64,000 nt of DNA from assembly GCA_963665115.1 (NCBI GenBank), contig OY762007.1, positions 3,872,001-3,936,000 of the forward strand, given 5' to 3'. This document shows, piece by piece, positions 57,356 through 64,000 of the stretch. The DNA is from an uncultured Rivularia sp. (GTDB lineage: Bacteria > Cyanobacteriota > Cyanobacteriia > Cyanobacteriales > Nostocaceae). Each line of letters opens with the position of its first letter. Positions within the stretch are counted from its first letter, which is position 1. A program made the position numbers and the translations under genes. Under the pieces are notes generated by a model. It saw only the letters and a list, made by a program, of their open reading frames with translations, was not told where the DNA came from and did not search any database.

Positions 57356-58795
57356 ATGGTAAATGCAGTAGATTTTAACGGTAGACCATTTCATTTCATT
57401 GGTGTAGGCGGTATAGGTATGTCAGCTTTGGCATATATACTTGCTCAAAAGGGCTTCCGTGTTAGTGGTTCAGATGTTCGTCCAAATCATATTACTCACA
57501 AGCTCGAATCGATTGGAGTTAATTTTTTTGGTAAACAAGAACCAAGCAATCTGGAATTTTTTAAGAGAGAATTTGTATCGGCAGAATTAACAAATGGGGA
57601 CAAAGAGACAACACCCCAAGTAGTTTGTTCTACCGCGATTAATGCGAATAATTCAGAATATAAAGCAGCGCTAGAAAATGGCTGCCCAATTTTTCATCGT
57701 TCTGATATATTGGCAGCCCTAATATCCCAGTACAATAGTATTGCTGTTGCGGGAACTCATGGTAAAACAACCACCAGTAGCATGATTGGTTATATGTTGC
57801 TGCAAGCAGGAGTTGACCCAACAATTATTGTCGGTGGTGAAGTAAAAGCTTGGTCTGGTAATGCTCGTCTGGGACAAAGCCCTTATTTAGTTGCGGAAGC
57901 GGATGAATCGGATGGTTCTTTAGTTAAGCATTCTCCAGAGATTGGCATTATTACTAATATAGAATTAGATCATCCAGACCACTACGATACATTGGATGAA
58001 GTAGTAGATATCTTTAAAACATTTACTAGCCAGTGCAAAACTTTAGTAGCTTGTATTGATTGCGAAACAGTGCGCGATCGCTTCCAACCTCATATCAGCT
58101 ACAGCCTCTCGCCAGATAGCGGTGCCGATTACTATGTAACAAATATTGATTATCGTGCCGACGGTACTACAGCTTTAGTTTGGGAAAAAGGTGTCGCCCT
58201 CGGAGTGTTGAACTTATGTGTATTAGGTCATCACAATCTAAGTAACGCTTTAGCAGCAGTAGCTATAGGCAGAAAGTTAGGTTTGCAGTTTGGCGAAATT
58301 GCTAGAGGTTTAGCTACTTTTGAAGGCGCAAGACGACGCTTCGAGTTTCGAGGAGAAGTTGACGGAATTACTTTTATAGATGATTACGCGCATCACCCCA
58401 GCGAACTCAGCGCCACATTAGCTGCTGCAAGATTGCAAGCAAGACCGGGACAACGAGTAGTTGCAATATTCCAACCTCACCGTTATAGCCGCACGCATAC
58501 ATTTTTAAATGAATTTGCAACATCTTTCAGCCATGCGGATGTAGTCGTCTTGACCGATATCTACAGCGCGGGAGAACCAGATACTGGCTTAATCAGTGGC
58601 GGAAAACTAACCGCAGAAGTCGCTAAAAATCACTCTCATGTAGAATATCAGCCAACTTTAGCCGATGTTCGCGAGTACTTGGAGAAAAATTTGCGTCCGG
58701 GAGATTTAGCGCTATTCTTAGGTGCTGGAAACTTAAACCAAACAATTCCCCTGGTTCTAGACTCTCTTCGGCAACCAGCACAAGCGACATCCTAA
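57356..58795 (+). CDS. murC: UDP-N-acetylmuramate--L-alanine ligase
   Basis: GVGGIGMS, AGTHGKTTT, EADESD and DDYAHHP. ATG 57356 follows AGAGGA. Confidence 0.97.
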   Translation: MVNAVDFNGRPFHFIGVGGIGMSALAYILAQKGFRVSGSDVRPNHITHKLESIGVNFFGKQEPSNLEFFKREFVSAELTNGDKETTPQVVCSTAINANNSEYKAALENGCPIFHRSDILAALISQYNSIAVAGTHGKTTTSSMIGYMLLQAGVDPTIIVGGEVKAWSGNARLGQSPYLVAEADESDGSLVKHSPEIGIITNIELDHPDHYDTLDEVVDIFKTFTSQCKTLVACIDCETVRDRFQPHISYSLSPDSGADYYVTNIDYRADGTTALVWEKGVALGVLNLCVLGHHNLSNALAAVAIGRKLGLQFGEIARGLATFEGARRRFEFRGEVDGITFIDDYAHHPSELSATLAAARLQARPGQRVVAIFQPHRYSRTHTFLNEFATSFSHADVVVLTDIYSAGEPDTGLISGGKLTAEVAKNHSHVEYQPTLADVREYLEKNLRPGDLALFLGAGNLNQTIPLVLDSLRQPAQATS

Positions 58796-58925
58796 CAAGA
58801 AAGACTAGCCGACATCGGAGCTCTTACCTTAAATATTCTCTGTGTCGGACAAGCGCTTAATTGCTCAATCTAAATCCGTATGATTACGGTAGTCCCGCAT
58901 TAAAATCTATTCAATACTGGCAAAT

Positions 58926-59921
58926 ATGACCATTTCCCAGGCGGCTGCGAATGTTCGTAAAATTTCCGATGATACTACCAATCAAAGAGAAATAAAAGTG
59001 GAAGGTAAGAAAGAAGGAATTGCTTTGAACGGTAGTGACTGCATTATCAAGCCCTCCGTTTCTTTATCTTCCTACACATCCTATAGAGTTGGTGGCCCAG
59101 CAGAATGGTATGTTGCCCCCCGTTCGTTAGAATCTTTGCAAGCTAGCGTCGAATATGCAAAAGAACACGAGCTATTAATAACAGTACTTGGTGCTGGTTC
59201 TAACTTATTAGTTAGCGATAAGGGTTTACCGGGTTTGGTTATCGCTACTCGCCATATGCGTTATAGCAATTTTGAATCCGAAACTGGTAGGGTAACATTT
59301 GCTGCCGGAGAATCAATTCCTGCTTTAGCATCGGCAGTCGCAGAACGTGGTTGGGAAGGTTTTGAATGGGCGGTTGGCATTCCAGGAACCATCGGTGGTG
59401 CCGTAGTCATGAATGCTGGAGCGCATAATAGCTGTATCGCAGATATCTTAGTCAGCGCTGAGGTCCTAATTCCCGACGGGACTTTAAAAACTCTCACTCG
59501 CGAAGAATTAAACTACAGCTACCGTACTTCTGTACTGCAAGGAAGCAATTTAATAGTTACTCAAGCAACTTTGCAGCTTCAACCCGGTGCCGATCCAGCA
59601 TTAGTTACGGCAAGAACAAAGCAACACAAAAAACATCGGCTAGCTACCCAACCTTATCATTTACCTAGTTGTGGCAGCGTGTTCCGCAATCCTAAACCTC
59701 ATTCCGCAGGTAAATTAATCGAAGAAGCTGGTCTTAAAGGCTTCCAAATTGGGCAAGCGCAAGTAGCAGAACTCCATGCTAATTTTATTGTTAATTGTGG
59801 TGGAGCTACTGCCAACGATGTTTACAATCTCATTCATCACGTCCAGCAGCAAGTACAAGAGCGCTGGTCAATTAAATTACATCCAGAAGTCAAAATGTTG
59901 GGAGAGTTTCAAGCTGCTTAA
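58926..59921 (+). CDS. murB: UDP-N-acetylenolpyruvoylglucosamine reductase
   Basis: LGAGSN, GIPGTIGGAVVMNAG, SCGSVFRNP and HANFIVN. Confidence 0.97.
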   Translation: MTISQAAANVRKISDDTTNQREIKVEGKKEGIALNGSDCIIKPSVSLSSYTSYRVGGPAEWYVAPRSLESLQASVEYAKEHELLITVLGAGSNLLVSDKGLPGLVIATRHMRYSNFESETGRVTFAAGESIPALASAVAERGWEGFEWAVGIPGTIGGAVVMNAGAHNSCIADILVSAEVLIPDGTLKTLTREELNYSYRTSVLQGSNLIVTQATLQLQPGADPALVTARTKQHKKHRLATQPYHLPSCGSVFRNPKPHSAGKLIEEAGLKGFQIGQAQVAELHANFIVNCGGATANDVYNLIHHVQQQVQERWSIKLHPEVKMLGEFQAA

Positions 59922-60110
59922 TTTAACTAATTGCTAGTAAATGGTTGGAAAAATATGGATTATTGATTTAAACTTGAGTCAAAAAATCTTGAATATCCGA
60001 TTTCTACGACACCAAGGGTGTATTACATCAAGATAAAAAACTATCAAATAACACGACGCATCTATAATTGAATTTGATTTGTTATTGAAAGCACACGCTT
60101 ACTATTTATT

Positions 60111-60458
60111 ATGACGGGAAAAGGACAAGGATTCGGCTTTGGTTTAGGAAAAATGAAGGAACTAGCTGAAGCCTTCAAAAAAGCCCAGCAAGTTCAAGAA
60201 GGAGCCAAACAACTCCAAGAAGAATTGGAGCAAATGGAAATCCAGGGAGAATCTGGTGGTGGAATGGTGAAAGTTATTCTTAGTGGAAACCAAGAACCCA
60301 AACGAGTAGAAATTTCTCCCGATGCGATGAATGAAGGAGCAGAAGTACTTTCCGATTTAGTGACAGCAGCAATGACAGATGCTTACAATAAGTCCACTGC
60401 TACAATGCGCGATCGCATGGAAGATTTGACCAGCGGACTAGAACTTCCTGGATTTTAA
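60111..60458 (+). CDS. ybaB: YbaB/EbfC nucleoid-associated protein
   Basis: [12 protein letters not shown] and [11 protein letters not shown]. Confidence 0.93.
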   Translation: MTGKGQGFGFGLGKMKELAEAFKKAQQVQEGAKQLQEELEQMEIQGESGGGMVKVILSGNQEPKRVEISPDAMNEGAEVLSDLVTAAMTDAYNKSTATMRDRMEDLTSGLELPGF

Positions 60459-60542
60459 TATTTAATAGGAAAGTTAAAGCTTGCATCGGCATTCTAAAAT
60501 GCTAGAAATTGCAAAACTTTGAACGGGAATACTCATTGGATT

Positions 60543-61028
60543 ATGGCTTATAAGCTGTTATTTGTCTGCTTGGGTAACATTTGTCGTTCGCCAACCGCAG
60601 AAAATGTCATGAATCACCTGGTAGAAAAAGCTGGTTTAAGTGATTCTATCCAGTGTGATTCTGCCGGAACCTCAAGTTATCACATCGGTAGTTCCCCAGA
60701 TTCTCGTATGAGTGCTGCTGCGAATCATCTTTTAGGATTTAAACTTCGCGGAAATGCACGAGCCTTTAAATCATCGGATTTTGAAAATTTCGATTTGATT
60801 TTGGCAATGGATAAGGAGAATTATCGCGATATTCTTTCTATGGATTCGAGCGGGGAATATCAAGACAAAGTGCGTTTGATGTGTGATTATTGCCGCACTC
60901 ACTCTCTGAAAGAAGTTCCAGACCCCTATTACGGCGGAACGGAAGGCTTTGAGAGAGTTGTAAATTTGCTTGTTGATGCTTGTGGAGGTCTTTTAGAAGA
61001 TGTTTCTGCTTCAGACACCCTTAGCTAA
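60543..61028 (+). CDS. Low molecular weight protein-tyrosine phosphatase
   Basis: VCLGNICRS P-loop, DSAGT and VPDPYYG. ATG at 60543. Confidence 0.96.
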   Translation: MAYKLLFVCLGNICRSPTAENVMNHLVEKAGLSDSIQCDSAGTSSYHIGSSPDSRMSAAANHLLGFKLRGNARAFKSSDFENFDLILAMDKENYRDILSMDSSGEYQDKVRLMCDYCRTHSLKEVPDPYYGGTEGFERVVNLLVDACGGLLEDVSASDTLS

Positions 61029-61289
61029 CGCACTGCTCAAGTAAATTTGTAAGAATTCAAAATGTAAGAATTCAAAATTAATTCTCAATTCATAGTTAAG
61101 AGTTATCAGTTATAACTCTTAACTTTTTAGTTTTTACTGATATTGGGAGTAGGGAAAATAAAATAAATGTGTTTATGCCCTCAAGGGACGTTTTTTGGCA
61201 TCTGTGGGTTTACTTTCAAAGAACATATTTTGAAGTCCTTGCCCAGTCAGAATTTGAAAATTTAAATAAAAGAAGTATATAAGTATTTT

Positions 61290-61476
61290 CTACTCCCAAC
61301 TCCCAACTTCCAACTCCTAACTCCCTACTCTCTACTCCCTACTCTCTACTCTCTACTCTCTACTCCCAACTCCCTACTCTCTACTCCCTACTCCCTACTC
61401 TCTACTCCCTACTCCCAACTCCCTACTCTCTACTCCCTACTCTCTACTCCCAACTCCCTACTCCCTACTCCCTACT
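61290..61476. repeat. STRR heptamer array (CTCCCTA/CTCTCTA/CTCCCAA)n
   Basis: About 26 heptamers, overlapping the stop codon of the dynamin-like gene. Confidence 0.92.
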
Positions 61477-63686
61477 CCCCCAATCAAACCATTAACTTCT
61501 TTGGCACGTTCAACCAATGCTCTCCAAACTTTTTGCTGTTGAACGCGCTGTTCTATCTGTCCAAATTCCGACCAAACTTGATAAGATTCTTTACGAAGAA
61601 AAATTCGCCATTCTAACTGTACGTTTTTAGCACGAATCACTCTATCTACAAATTCTTCTACCATAAAGTAAGCATCTGTAGAAGGTTCGCCAAGTATTTG
61701 ATTTAAAGCTTGTTCGGATGTATCGGTAGCTTCTTGATGTAGTTTCTGTAGTGTGTTTAATATTTGTTCTTCAATATGTAATTCGGAAGTAGCTTCTTCA
61801 ATTTGATTGATGCGCTCTTGTAAAGCAAATTGGTTGTTATCTGGCTTGAGTCGATCGAGATTAAGTCTGAGAAGGCGGATTATTCTTCCAGCATTGGAAA
61901 CATCGAATTCATACAGCTTTTGAAAACCTAGTTTAAGATTGCTGGCATTATCGGGAAGTAGGTTATGTATAATTTGCAGAAAATCGATCTCCTGAGAATT
62001 TACAAGTTCTCCTAGATCAGATTTAAGGATTTTTATAACTAGATATTTTCGGCTTTCTAATGAAAGCTGCATTGCTTTATCCAAAGATAGGAAATGTTCT
62101 AAAAAATTAGTACGTATTTCATGTAAAAACTCGTTATAAGCAGTATTGTAAGACCCAAACAGATGACGACGTTCTACAACTTCTTCCCTGCTTGTAGGAA
62201 TTCCCACATCAGTTTTACATCTTTGAACTGCATTTTTGACTCTTTCTTCAAATTCGCTATCTAAGCTATTCCGATTTTCTTTTAACTCTGCTAATAATTT
62301 TTCTAAATCGTTCGTTAATTTACGCCAAAACTGTTCAAATAGTTGTTCAAATAATAAATCTCCATCACCGTACCTAGTTAAAGCCAAACTAGCTTTGTCT
62401 AACTCAATACTGATATTTTGATGAAGTATATATAATTGTTGTTCGCACTCCCGTCTATATTCTGTTTCAATTGACTCCACGTTCTCAACTAAATAATCGA
62501 GAATCGGCTCTAAAACTTCAGCAAAAGCCTCTTGAGAATCGGAACAATCGGCAATAATACACTTTGCAACCCGAATTGGTATTTCTTTTAGTTCTGCTTG
62601 CAATTTCTGACAACGGTAACTATTATCACCACCTTCGACACCATGTTTGGTGCGGTTAAGAATCATGAAAGAACATTTAGAAAGAGGAAAATTCGATAAA
62701 GCATTACGAGCAATTTGATATAGCTTTAGGTGTGCTTCTCCCCAAACAGCATTAGCTTCCGGTCTGCGAACAAATAAAATAAAATCGGCTTCTTCAGAGA
62801 GAATTTTAATTAATCGTTCTGCTTCGATTAAATTTGTATCTCCCAATCCTGGTAAATCTAATAAGCAAATCTGACCAATATCTTCGTAAGGAAAAGAACA
62901 AGATATTTCAACCTCTTTAACTGCTAAATAATTAACGATTTTTTCGGCGTTGTCATTTTTTGCATCTTGAGTAACATATTGCGGAATTTGTGATTCAGCA
63001 ATTTCTATCGTCGGAGAATTAAGTAAATGCCGAAATTTTGCAATATTAGAATAATAATCCTTACGCAGATGTCCGTATCTAGCTTTGTCAAATTCGCTAT
63101 CTTTTTTTTCTAAAGGTAGAGCAGGTGGAGGAGTGCGAGCAAATTCTTCCACAGTTATAGGTTTTTTACCCAAACCCAAAGTTTCGTAATAAGGAGCAAG
63201 CACTTGGTTTTGGAATTCCGAAGCTGAATAAAAATGTACCTTAGCTACAGATGCAGGTAATTTTGGTTGATGAACAATTTTGCTTAACGTACCCGTACAG
63301 TATCCCTCACCACCATCAGGAATTACTTGGTTACTAAGTCCTGTCAAACTTTGTAACAAGCGACTTTTACCTTGTCGAGCATAACCAACAACTGCAATAT
63401 TTATCGTGTTGCGACTACACCGGGAGCGCAATTTGTCCAGCAAATTTAAAAGATTATCAATTTCATTAATTACTCCAAAATCAATTTCTCTCAAACGTTT
63501 AGCAGATGCAGCGTCAACATCATTTTCTTGAAATTCAGATTGGTACTGTCTTAAATTAACCAGTGCTAACTTGCAAGCTTCTAAATTTGCTCGATCGCGT
63601 TCGATTCTACTCGCAAATCTTTGCCGTTGTTGAATAATCGCATTTATACGTTCAGTTCTACGGGTATCAATTTGAATTGTTTTCAT
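61458..63686 (-). CDS. Dynamin-like GTPase (bacterial DLP)
   Basis: N-terminal helical region, G1 GYARQGKS, G2 CTG, G3 DLPG, G4-like LNRT and a long helical C-terminus. Confidence 0.78.
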   Translation of the reverse strand: MKTIQIDTRRTERINAIIQQRQRFASRIERDRANLEACKLALVNLRQYQSEFQENDVDAASAKRLREIDFGVINEIDNLLNLLDKLRSRCSRNTINIAVVGYARQGKSRLLQSLTGLSNQVIPDGGEGYCTGTLSKIVHQPKLPASVAKVHFYSASEFQNQVLAPYYETLGLGKKPITVEEFARTPPPALPLEKKDSEFDKARYGHLRKDYYSNIAKFRHLLNSPTIEIAESQIPQYVTQDAKNDNAEKIVNYLAVKEVEISCSFPYEDIGQICLLDLPGLGDTNLIEAERLIKILSEEADFILFVRRPEANAVWGEAHLKLYQIARNALSNFPLSKCSFMILNRTKHGVEGGDNSYRCQKLQAELKEIPIRVAKCIIADCSDSQEAFAEVLEPILDYLVENVESIETEYRRECEQQLYILHQNISIELDKASLALTRYGDGDLLFEQLFEQFWRKLTNDLEKLLAELKENRNSLDSEFEERVKNAVQRCKTDVGIPTSREEVVERRHLFGSYNTAYNEFLHEIRTNFLEHFLSLDKAMQLSLESRKYLVIKILKSDLGELVNSQEIDFLQIIHNLLPDNASNLKLGFQKLYEFDVSNAGRIIRLLRLNLDRLKPDNNQFALQERINQIEEATSELHIEEQILNTLQKLHQEATDTSEQALNQILGEPSTDAYFMVEEFVDRVIRAKNVQLEWRIFLRKESYQVWSEFGQIEQRVQQQKVWRALVERAKEVNGLIGGVGSRE

Positions 63687-64000
63687 ATTTTGAAGGGGGA
63701 ACAGGGAATAGCGGTCAGACCCCCGCGCAAGGGAATGCTGACCAAGAGAGGGAACGGGGAACGGTGACTAATTAAGAAAAACTTCTTTAAAACTTTAAAG
63801 AAAAAGCTTTAAATCTATGCAAATTGAAATATCTTTCTGTTGCCTATTGCCTATTCCCCGTTCCCCATAAAAAGTGATGCATCTCTAAGATTGGACAAAA
63901 TAAAAATTTTAAACATCAACTTGATAACAATACTCATGTAATCGAATCAAAGCAGTAAAACATCTGACCTAATTACGAAAATTCTCTATAAATATGTCAA

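Noticed and set aside
1042..60415. Frequent GCGATCGC octamers
   Set aside because: Ordinary cyanobacterial HIP1 sites, used only as a taxonomic clue.
61146..61297. Segment bounded by GGGAGTAG-GAAAATA / TATTTTC-TACTCCC as a MITE
   Set aside because: The ends merge into STRR sequence, and there is no target duplication or second copy in the window.

Overview
AT-rich chromosomal segment of a filamentous, hormogonium-forming cyanobacterium (Nostocales-like, possibly Rivularia/Calothrix). This rests on frequent HIP1 GCGATCGC sites, heptamer STRR arrays, cphA, gap2 and a complete hmp motility locus. Most genes are core: cphA 3' part, tatA, cbiT, cdsA, an rluB-type synthase, rodZ-like, malQ, queA, dnaG, tilS, ung, smpB, thiL, gap2, murC, murB, ybaB and an LMW-PTP. 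The window also carries the hmpABCDE/hmpF chemosensory cluster, a TftA-like amidase, two sensor kinases and a dynamin-like GTPase. I found no rRNA, tRNA, CRISPR array or intact transposase. The ORF track misses several things: four genes split by single +1 insertions in short base runs (malQ, queA, tftA, hmpB), a frameshifted pentapeptide-RidA fusion, three gene relics (nadD, an MBOAT/DUF459 deletion junction, a DUF4258 toxin tail), nested palindromic mini-elements, a 10-copy 78/81-bp coding repeat in CheA, and a Yfr1-complementary site over the murC RBS. No clearly new multi-gene system can be shown from sequence alone. All homology calls are from motif recognition, not database searches.
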